Positions 8,431 to 15,884 of a DNA stretch of 64,000 bases are shown here, piece after piece (position 1 is the stretch's first letter; each line of letters begins with the position of its first letter). The notes beneath the pieces are model-generated. The model saw only the letters and a list, made by a program, of their open reading frames with translations. It searched no databases and was not told the origin of the DNA. The DNA comes from an uncultured bacterium. GTDB taxonomy: Bacteria; Krumholzibacteriota; Krumholzibacteriia; LZORAL124-64-63. Location of the stretch: the NCBI GenBank assembly GCA_903859215.1, contig CAIOLW010000051.1, positions 2,482-66,481 of the forward strand. The letters are read 5' to 3'. The translations under genes were made by a program, and so were the position numbers.

Positions 8431-10392
8431 ATGCCCGCCAGTCGTCCGCTGTTCACGCCGTTCGCCGCCCGTGCCGAGACCATCCGCCTGGACGCCGCCC
8501 TGTGCGCCGAGGCCGGGCTCGAGGCCTGGGCCGCCCAGTTCAAGCTGGGCACGGCCGGCTACCGCGACCTGCTGGACCCGGCGGACTTCTTCAACCTGGG
8601 CGTGCCGTTCAATGGGCTGACCGCCGCGGTCTTCCTGGAGGCGCGCGCGCGCCTGGCTGTACGGCGCGGGCTGAAGGCGCTGCACGTGGGCGGCGAGGTG
8701 CGCCCGCACACGCCGGAACTGATCGACCTGGCCGCGCGCATCTACGCGGCGCACGGGATCAGCGTGCAGCTGCGGCCGGCCGGGCTGCGCACGACGCCCA
8801 TCTGGCTCTCGTCGTTCGGCGTGTTCTTCGAGGAGCTGGACGGCGGCGAGAACTTCACGGCGTCGCACAGCCAGAGCTACAAGGGCGGCTGGAAGCCGAT
8901 GGACGGCGACGGCGGGCAGTTGATCGCAATGGCGCCCGAGATCGAGCAGGGCGTGCGCGATCTGGTGGCCGGGGCCCTGGCCGGCGGCACCGACATCCGC
9001 CTGGCCGCGGCGGACGATGCGCTGGTGCGCCGCGACTTCGACCCGGTGGACGCGTACGTCGAGGTACTGCGGCAGGTCGTGCCGGCGCCGCTGCTCGAGG
9101 CGATCGCCCCGGCGGGCGCGCGCGGGTTCCACGCGGGCTTCTGCACCGAGGGTGGCTCGATGGGGGCGACGGCGCGCCGCGTGTTCGGGGCGCTCGACAT
9201 CGACTGCAAGCCCGGCGGCACGGTCTTCTTCACGCACGAGGACGAGCACAGCGACTACCACGGCATCGGCCAGCTGGCCGGCCAGAACCACGGTGTCGAT
9301 CCCGGCAAGTGGCAGGTCTACAAGCACGTGGGCGCGCAGGAACTGCTGCGCGAAAGGCGCTGCGACGTCTTCTTCATCTGGGATCCCGACGGCGACCGTT
9401 TCAACATGGTCACCGTGGCGCCGGCTGGGCTGGCGAAGGACGCGGCGGCCGCCGGCCTTGAAGTGGATCCGCTGGATGAAGCGCGGTGCCTGGTCTTCTT
9501 CAAGCCGAACCAGATCTATTTCATGCTGACGGCGTTGAAGCTGGAAGGCCTCGCGGCCGCCGGCGCGCTCGCGAAGCACGACTGGATCACCGCGACCACG
9601 TTTCCGACCAGCCGCAGCATCGGCGAGATCGCCGAGGTCAGCGCGCGCCGCGGCGGCGCGAACCTGCCCACGTACCAGGTGCCGGTGGGCTTCAAGTACT
9701 TCGCCGAACTGGTGGGCAGCCTCGAGCAGCAGGTCGTGGCCGGCGCGGCCAACGCGAGCGCCACGGACGTGACTGGGCGCGTGACCGCGTTCGGGCCGCG
9801 CCCGCGACTCCTGATCATGGCCGAGGAGAGCGGCGGCGCGGCGATGGGCTTTGCGGAGCCGGTCGGCAGCCGGCACGGCAAGCGCCGCAGCCTGGCGCCG
9901 AAGGAGAAGGACGCGATGCAGATCGGCGTGCTGGCGCTGTGCCTGGGCGCGCGCCTGCATGTCGAGGGGGGCAGCTTCGCCGGCTACTACCTGGCTGCGC
10001 TCGACCGCTACGACACCACCTACCGCTTCTACGAGCGACGCGACCTGACGCTGTTCGACGAGTCGCTGAAGGGCCCGGCGCGCGAGGCGGCCAAGGCCGC
10101 CGGCAACGCGCGCAAGGACGCCACGGTCGCGTTCTTCGCATCGCTGGAGGGGAAGTCGCCGGGCGCAGTGGCCGCGGCGCTGCAGGCCGGGCTGACGGCG
10201 GGCGTGGCGCTGCCGCCGGTCGAGCGCGCGTTCCGCGCGGGCGACGGCACCATGATCGAGTTCGCGGGGCTGTGGTTCGAGTTGCGTGCCTCGGGCACCG
10301 ACGCGGTGCTGCGCTACTACATGGAAGGACGCGACGCGGCGACGGTCGGCGCGCTCAACGAGGCGTTCACGAAGTTGGCGCTGCCCGCCTAG
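8431..10392 (+). CDS. alpha-D-phosphohexomutase superfamily protein (PGM/PMM-like, 653 aa)
   Basis: ATG at 8431, inside ORF 8326..10392. All four family motifs are present: the active-site Ser loop TASHSQSYKGGWKP, the metal loop WDPDGDRF, the sugar loop AEESGGA and the phosphate loop LRASGTDAVLRYY. Confidence 0.85.
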   Translation: MPASRPLFTPFAARAETIRLDAALCAEAGLEAWAAQFKLGTAGYRDLLDPADFFNLGVPFNGLTAAVFLEARARLAVRRGLKALHVGGEVRPHTPELIDLAARIYAAHGISVQLRPAGLRTTPIWLSSFGVFFEELDGGENFTASHSQSYKGGWKPMDGDGGQLIAMAPEIEQGVRDLVAGALAGGTDIRLAAADDALVRRDFDPVDAYVEVLRQVVPAPLLEAIAPAGARGFHAGFCTEGGSMGATARRVFGALDIDCKPGGTVFFTHEDEHSDYHGIGQLAGQNHGVDPGKWQVYKHVGAQELLRERRCDVFFIWDPDGDRFNMVTVAPAGLAKDAAAAGLEVDPLDEARCLVFFKPNQIYFMLTALKLEGLAAAGALAKHDWITATTFPTSRSIGEIAEVSARRGGANLPTYQVPVGFKYFAELVGSLEQQVVAGAANASATDVTGRVTAFGPRPRLLIMAEESGGAAMGFAEPVGSRHGKRRSLAPKEKDAMQIGVLALCLGARLHVEGGSFAGYYLAALDRYDTTYRFYERRDLTLFDESLKGPAREAAKAAGNARKDATVAFFASLEGKSPGAVAAALQAGLTAGVALPPVERAFRAGDGTMIEFAGLWFELRASGTDAVLRYYMEGRDAATVGALNEAFTKLALPA

Positions 10393-10413
10393 ATCAACAT
10401 GCTTTGGCGCGCG

Positions 10414-12396
10414 CTACCAGCGCAGCGTGCCGTAGAACTCGACGCCGGCGAACGCCGGTTCGTACTTGCAGACGCCGCCCGAGCACAGGAAGCCCGCCTG
10501 CCGCTCGCCTGCCCACAGGTTGAGCGTGGCGCCGCCGTCCAGCCGGCGGGTGGCCTGCGCGGCCAGGTACGGACCGGGGTCCTCGCCCGGCGAACGCTGC
10601 GCGGCGTACTTGTTGTTCGTTTCCAGGACGACGCCGAGGGTCCAGTTGCTCGTCGTCGCGCACTCCAGCTTCAGCCATTGCTGGTCATAGGCGCCGAGGT
10701 CGAAGCCGACGCCGCCGCCCATCCGCACGTGCTGCTGTTCCGCCTGCAGGATCCAGCCCGGGCCCGTGGCCGGGTGCCAGGTGACCTCGGCCGCGGCGGT
10801 CTGCCGCAAGCCTTCGCTGTCCTGGTAGCCGAGGGCGCCGTTCACCGCGAAATCGCCCCACTGTTCCTTCTCGAGGGACACGTACGCCATCTCGTACACC
10901 GTGCCCCCGTCATGGCGCCGCAGGCGCGAGGCGCTGCCCTTGGCCGTCACGCCGGCCGGCCCGCTCCAGGTCAGGTCCAGGTTGTGGCCCTTCTCGTCGG
11001 TCGCGTTCAGGGCGTGGGGCGCGCGGTTGAGCAGCGTCCAGGTGAACTCGCCGGCCAGCGACGGCGGGCGGTTCAGCGACGTGGCGCCGTCCGCGCGCGA
11101 GACCAGTTCGAAGTCCTCGTAGTCGCTGGCCTCCCACGAGAGCGTGACGGGCCCCTGGTACAGGTTCAGGTTGCCGTAGAGGGCCCAGCCCCGGCGCGGG
11201 TCGTCAGTGGCGGGATTGAAATCGAAGGCGTCGAGTGAGAAGCGGTTGCGGCCCGCCACCTCGACATACCAGTCGGCGCGTCCGAGGCTCTGCCGGGCGC
11301 GCAGCGAGGTTGCCCATTCGCGGTCGACGGCCCCGGTGCCGGCCTGTGCCTGGTTCGCCCACGTGAGTCCCGAGAAGCCGCAGGCGAGGCCGGCGCCGCT
11401 GGTCCACTCGAGGTCGGCCCCGCGCAGGTCCAGTTCGCGGGCCGACGGGGTGCCCGAGAAGGCCGTCGCAGCGAGACCGCCGTGGCGCACGGTCGCGATG
11501 AAGCCGTCGAGGCGCGTGTCGATGCGGAGATTGCGGTCCTGCCAGGAATTGAACAGCAGGCCCCGTCCGAACAGGCCGTGGAACGTGCCCAGGCGCAGGA
11601 CCGCTTCGCCGCGCGTGAGTTCGAACCAGCGGTGCGTGATCTCGTTGCGGCGCCCGCCTTCCTCGCCGGGCGACTGCGAGTCGAGCGTCAGCCCCGCGCG
11701 CAGGTTGCCGCGCTGCAGGGACAGGTCCAGCCAGTTCTCGACGATTTCGCGGCGCGTTTCGGTCGCGTACGAATACTCGAAGCGGTCGGTGGCCGTCACG
11801 TCGGTCGTCGCCTGCGGCGTGCCGCACGACATCGGCGCCGCCGCGACGGCAACGGGTATGTCCACATCGGCCTTCACGGGGGCTTCCGCTCCCAGCGCCG
11901 CGATGAGCGCCTGTTCGAGCGTCGCCTCGCTGCCCAGGACGTAGCCGGTCTGGCGGTATGCCTCGCGGCCCTCGCGGTCGTAGAGGATCAGGAAGGGCAT
12001 CGCGTCGACGTGCAGCTGGCGCTGCACATCGCCGCCGGTGTCCAGCAGCACGGTCAGGTTCTCCCAGCCGTGGGCGCGCACCGTGGGCTCGACTTTGGCG
12101 ATGCTGCGCGAGTCGTCGGTGGCCACCGCCAGGAACGCCACGCGGCCCTCGTAGCGGCCGGCCAGCACCTCGAGCTGCGGCAGCTCCTTCAGGCACGGCT
12201 TGCACCACGTGGCCCAGAACGACACGACCACCGGTCCGCGTGCCAGTTCATCGGCGAAGGAGACCCGCCGGCCCGCCGGGTCCTCGAGCGTCCAGTCGGG
12301 CGCCGCGAGCGCCGGCAGGGCGCACAAGAGGAGCAGCAGCAGGACGGCCAGCCGGGTGGACGCCGGCCGCGGGCGGCGGGGTACAGGACGAGGCAT
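10414..12396 (-). CDS. TlpA/ResA-like thioredoxin domain fused to a C-terminal outer-membrane beta-barrel-like domain
   Basis: Signal peptide LAVLLLLLLCALPALAAP. Thioredoxin motif VVSFWATWCKPCLKELP. About 470 aa of alternating beta-strand-like sequence ends in GVCKYEPAFAGVEFYGTLRW (aromatic C-terminus typical of OMPs). Confidence 0.8.
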   Translation of the reverse strand: MPRPVPRRPRPASTRLAVLLLLLLCALPALAAPDWTLEDPAGRRVSFADELARGPVVVSFWATWCKPCLKELPQLEVLAGRYEGRVAFLAVATDDSRSIAKVEPTVRAHGWENLTVLLDTGGDVQRQLHVDAMPFLILYDREGREAYRQTGYVLGSEATLEQALIAALGAEAPVKADVDIPVAVAAAPMSCGTPQATTDVTATDRFEYSYATETRREIVENWLDLSLQRGNLRAGLTLDSQSPGEEGGRRNEITHRWFELTRGEAVLRLGTFHGLFGRGLLFNSWQDRNLRIDTRLDGFIATVRHGGLAATAFSGTPSARELDLRGADLEWTSGAGLACGFSGLTWANQAQAGTGAVDREWATSLRARQSLGRADWYVEVAGRNRFSLDAFDFNPATDDPRRGWALYGNLNLYQGPVTLSWEASDYEDFELVSRADGATSLNRPPSLAGEFTWTLLNRAPHALNATDEKGHNLDLTWSGPAGVTAKGSASRLRRHDGGTVYEMAYVSLEKEQWGDFAVNGALGYQDSEGLRQTAAAEVTWHPATGPGWILQAEQQHVRMGGGVGFDLGAYDQQWLKLECATTSNWTLGVVLETNNKYAAQRSPGEDPGPYLAAQATRRLDGGATLNLWAGERQAGFLCSGGVCKYEPAFAGVEFYGTLRW

Positions 12397-12432
12397 CGGG
12401 TCTCCCGGTGATCTGGGCTGGGGGCTTCGGTC

Positions 12433-13185
12433 CTACTTCGCGAGGACCAGCTTGACGGAGGCCACGACGCCGGCGGGTCCCGCCAGCCGCGCCACGTAGG
12501 TGCCGCCCGGCAGCGCGCGCCCGTCATCGTCGGCGCCGTCCCAGGGGATGCCGTGCTGCGCCGCGCCCGCCTCGCCCCGCCAGAGCGCGCGCACGCGGCG
12601 GCCGCCGAGGTCGAACACGTCCAGCGCCAGCGTGCCCGCCTGCGACCCGTCGCCGTCGAGCCGCAGCGTCGTGCGGGGGTTGAACGGGTTGGGCGCCGCG
12701 GCCAGACTGAGGGCTGCAGACGGCACCGGGGCCGGCGACGTCGCGGGCGACTGCACCTCGAAGCCGACTGTCTGGTGCAGCGACGGCACGTTGATGCTCG
12801 TGACCGTGATGTACGTCGTGCCGTGGCCCTGGTCGATCATCGGCGTGATGTTCACGCCCAGGTACACCGAGGCGCCGGGCTGGACGGTGTACTGGATCTG
12901 CGTGATGAAAGGCGGGTAGCACAGGGCGACGTCGCACATCGTCGTTACCCAGTTGGCCGACATGCTCGACACCATCGTGATCCGGTACGTGTCCGCCACC
13001 GAGCCCGTGTTGTGGATATCGGTGTGGAACGACGACGTGACGTTCAGCGCGGTGCCGCGGGCGCTGTCGGCAATGACCCAGTTGAACGAGGTCTGAGCGC
13101 TCGCCGTCGCGGCCATGGTCAGCAACAGGCAGGCCAGCAGCGCGCCGATGCGGTCGGTCTTCGAAGTGTGGCGGTCGCGGGTCAT
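12433..13185 (-). CDS. small secreted protein with FlgD-Ig/T9SS-type C-terminal domain
   Basis: ATG at 13185 preceded by GGAGGAAGA. Signal peptide ALLACLLLTMAATASAQT. The CTD reads NPFNPRTTLRL...LDVFDLGGRRVRAL...PWDGADDDGRALPGGTYVARL...KLVLAK. Confidence 0.78.
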   Translation of the reverse strand: MTRDRHTSKTDRIGALLACLLLTMAATASAQTSFNWVIADSARGTALNVTSSFHTDIHNTGSVADTYRITMVSSMSANWVTTMCDVALCYPPFITQIQYTVQPGASVYLGVNITPMIDQGHGTTYITVTSINVPSLHQTVGFEVQSPATSPAPVPSAALSLAAAPNPFNPRTTLRLDGDGSQAGTLALDVFDLGGRRVRALWRGEAGAAQHGIPWDGADDDGRALPGGTYVARLAGPAGVVASVKLVLAK

Positions 13186-13202
13186 GGCGGTTCTTCCTCC
13201 GG

Positions 13203-14453
13203 TCACGGGCGATGCCATTTCACGGTGGCGGCCGTCGAGCCGGCCTGCAGCACGGTCTTGTCGGCGGTGCGCTGCACGAAAGCGATCACGGTCACGTTCG
13301 CCGGGTCGGCGGCGCCGCGGTTGAGCGTCAGTTCGAACGTGGCGGGGGCCCCGGCGACCAGCGGGCCCAACGCCGGCGGCGCGTCGACGCGGTCGCGGAA
13401 CACGTGATGGAACGCCGTCTGCCCGTTCGTGCCGGGCGGCGTCGCGTACGTCACGAGGTCCTCCCAGAGGGCCACGTACAGCGTGCAGCCGGACAGGTCG
13501 ACGTTGCGCAGCGGCGTCAGGGTCACGTCGACGGGCACGGCGGCGGCGACTCCCGGCTCGGCGGCGACATCCACCAGGAAGCCCGGGTCGACGTCCCAGC
13601 GACCGGCCACGGCTGCGACCGGCCCGGCGGCGTCCAGGGCGTCCGGCTGCGCGACGCCGTCGATGAGCAGCAGCGGCGTGGCCATCACCCAGTAGAACGT
13701 GTAGCGCTCGGCGTTCTCGGTCGGGTTGGCCAGGTACATGGGGTCGGTGGGGTTCGGCCAACTGACGCTGTACTCGACGAACAGCGCGCGGTCGGGGCCG
13801 TAGCCGTCGCGCGCGCACAGGTTGACGAGGTTGCCGGCGGCCTGCGCGCACGTGCCGCAGTTGACGTTGCCGAAGCTCTCGAGCATGACCGTGCGGCGAG
13901 AGCGCAGTTGCAGCTGCTGCGGCGACACCTCGGTGACGGTTCCTTCGGCCACGGTCACCGGCAGGCTGGCCGGCACGCACAGCCAGGTGTCCATCGCCAG
14001 CGAGATGTCCACGGTGCCGGGCACAAGGCCGGCCACCGTCGCGGGGGTCACCTTGCCGGAGTCCACGCCGCCCACCAGGATGTGGGCGCCGGCGGGCTCG
14101 CTCGTCACGCGCACGCCGGTCTGGAAGAGCGCGAAGTCGATCGCGACATCGTCCAGCGGCCGCAGGTCGACGGGGACCACTTCCGGATCGGCGTACCACT
14201 CGGCGAGGTCGACGCGCACCTGGTGCGTCTCGGCGCTGACCCCGGTGAACGTGAAGGGGGTGACCTGCCCGGTGGCGCGGCCGTCGATGAGGATGGCGGC
14301 GCTGGCGGGTGTGGAGCGCACGGTGAGCGTGGCCGGCTCGTACGTCGGCGCAACGCGCCCGCAACCGCCGCCCAGTGCGGCAAGCGCCAGGACTGCCGCA
14401 GCGAGGGCGCCGCAGGCCCGGCGGGCAGTCGGCTGGCATCGCGCGAGGGGCAC
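13203..14453 (-). CDS. lipoprotein with PEGA domains and a C-terminal thioredoxin-fold (Omp28-like) CxxC domain
   Basis: Lipobox LAALGGGC. Two to three PEGA-like repeats (LTVRSTPASAAILIDGRATGQ..., VRVTSEPAGAHILVGGVDSGK...). Then MLESFGNVNCGTCAQAAGNL, resembling the Omp28-type thioredoxin-like motif. Confidence 0.78.
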   Translation of the reverse strand: MPLARCQPTARRACGALAAAVLALAALGGGCGRVAPTYEPATLTVRSTPASAAILIDGRATGQVTPFTFTGVSAETHQVRVDLAEWYADPEVVPVDLRPLDDVAIDFALFQTGVRVTSEPAGAHILVGGVDSGKVTPATVAGLVPGTVDISLAMDTWLCVPASLPVTVAEGTVTEVSPQQLQLRSRRTVMLESFGNVNCGTCAQAAGNLVNLCARDGYGPDRALFVEYSVSWPNPTDPMYLANPTENAERYTFYWVMATPLLLIDGVAQPDALDAAGPVAAVAGRWDVDPGFLVDVAAEPGVAAAVPVDVTLTPLRNVDLSGCTLYVALWEDLVTYATPPGTNGQTAFHHVFRDRVDAPPALGPLVAGAPATFELTLNRGAADPANVTVIAFVQRTADKTVLQAGSTAATVKWHRP

Positions 14454-14714
14454 GCAGTCATCCTTCCGGGAAGGGCGGGGTCGGGCCCGGGCCGAAAGGG
14501 GCGACCGGGCAGTCTCAATTATAGCCGCCGCCGGCCGGCCCGGTCAACGCGGCCGCCGCACCGGGCCCTATTTGCCCGCCACCGCCCCGGTCCGTAGGTT
14601 CACCGCACCTCCCTGGCGGACATCACGGCGGCCCTGCCCGCCCAGCCGGGCCCCGGACCGGGCCCCACAACGGTCGGAGACGGGTCGGGGTCCGGGGTCC
14701 CTCCACCTGCCGGG

Positions 14715-15332
14715 GTGTCCACCATGCGTCCAGCCCTCCTGTGCGGCCTGTTGTTGCCGGTGCTCCTGCGAACGTCCCCGGCTGTCGCCGCCGCCGATCC
14801 CAACTCGGTGGGGCTGTACTACGACACGTCCGCGACGATGGAACAGGTCTCCATCGACCCCAACACGATGCACGTGCTCTACCTAGTGCTCCTGAACCCG
14901 GTGAACGACGACTACGAGGGCGGCACGCGCGATGTCGGGCTTGTCAGCGGGTTCGAGTGCGGCCTGCAGCCGCCGTCGGGCGACTTCCTGCTCGGGGTCG
15001 ACTTCCCGCAACCGGCCATCAACGTGGGGTCGTCGTCCAACCTCATCGTCGGCTACGCGGCGGCCGTGCCCGTGGACGGGAACCGCGCCGCCACACTGGC
15101 CAGCGTGCGGGTGCTGTCGTTCGGGAACAATCGCGAGGGCTACCGCCTGGCCCTCGCGGACCCGCCCTCGTTGCCGGGCACGCTGGCCTACGTCGACGCC
15201 GAGGACCCCGGCGCCAACCTCGTGGCGATGATGCCCGTCAGCGGGACGTTCGATCGCGCCGTGTTCTGCTTCGGTGACTGGAAGCTGCGGGAGCAGGCGC
15301 AGTGGGGCGAGGTCAAGAGCCTGTTCCGGTGA
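14715..15332 (+). CDS. secreted hypothetical protein ending in WGEVKSLFR
   Basis: ORF 14715..15332, starting at GTG 14715 or ATG 14724. Signal peptide MRPALLCGLLLPVLLRTSPAVAAAD. I recognise no family. Confidence 0.7.
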   Translation: MSTMRPALLCGLLLPVLLRTSPAVAAADPNSVGLYYDTSATMEQVSIDPNTMHVLYLVLLNPVNDDYEGGTRDVGLVSGFECGLQPPSGDFLLGVDFPQPAINVGSSSNLIVGYAAAVPVDGNRAATLASVRVLSFGNNREGYRLALADPPSLPGTLAYVDAEDPGANLVAMMPVSGTFDRAVFCFGDWKLREQAQWGEVKSLFR

Positions 15333-15348
15333 CGGTCGCGGCGCCGCC

Positions 15349-15870
15349 CTAGAACGAAAGACCGAATGCCACGCCGCTGCCGGCCGGGCTGAGGCAGAGG
15401 CAGGCCGCGAGCGACGGCGTGCCGGTCGTCAGGTTGAAGATGGCCAGGGCCGACGGCCCGGTGTGGACCTCGGCCGCCTCGTCCAGCGTGGCGGGGATGC
15501 CGAACAGCCAGGTCGGCGCGCCGTAGGTCGTCACGGTCCTTTCGTAGCGTCCCCAGCCCAGTCCCACGGTCAGCGCGCGGCTGACGCGTTGCGTCACGCC
15601 GGCTTCGCCCGCGTACTCGTCGGTGATCGTCGTCCAGGCAGCGGCGGGGTGGTTGTCGTCGAGGGTCGGGAAACCGCGCACGTACAGCCCGATCCCGCGC
15701 GGGGACGTCCAGCCCATCAACAGGTGCAGGTCATGGCTGGACGGCCCGGCGGCGATCAGCCAGGTGCCGGGGATGCGTGGCGCACGGGGGTGTTCGGGCG
15801 GCGAAGCGGCCACGGCGCCGCCGGCCACGAGAAGGGCCAGCAGCGCCGCGCCGACACGGGGAGTCTGCAT
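15349..15870 (-). CDS. small secreted protein, possible small OM beta-barrel
   Basis: Signal peptide GAALLALLVAGGAVAASP. Alternating-pattern strands and a C-terminal ...GVAFGLSF. It lies 14 nt downstream of the 15885..17756 gene. Confidence 0.6.
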   Translation of the reverse strand: MQTPRVGAALLALLVAGGAVAASPPEHPRAPRIPGTWLIAAGPSSHDLHLLMGWTSPRGIGLYVRGFPTLDDNHPAAAWTTITDEYAGEAGVTQRVSRALTVGLGWGRYERTVTTYGAPTWLFGIPATLDEAAEVHTGPSALAIFNLTTGTPSLAACLCLSPAGSGVAFGLSF

Positions 15871-15884
15871 CGGGCGGTCTCCGC

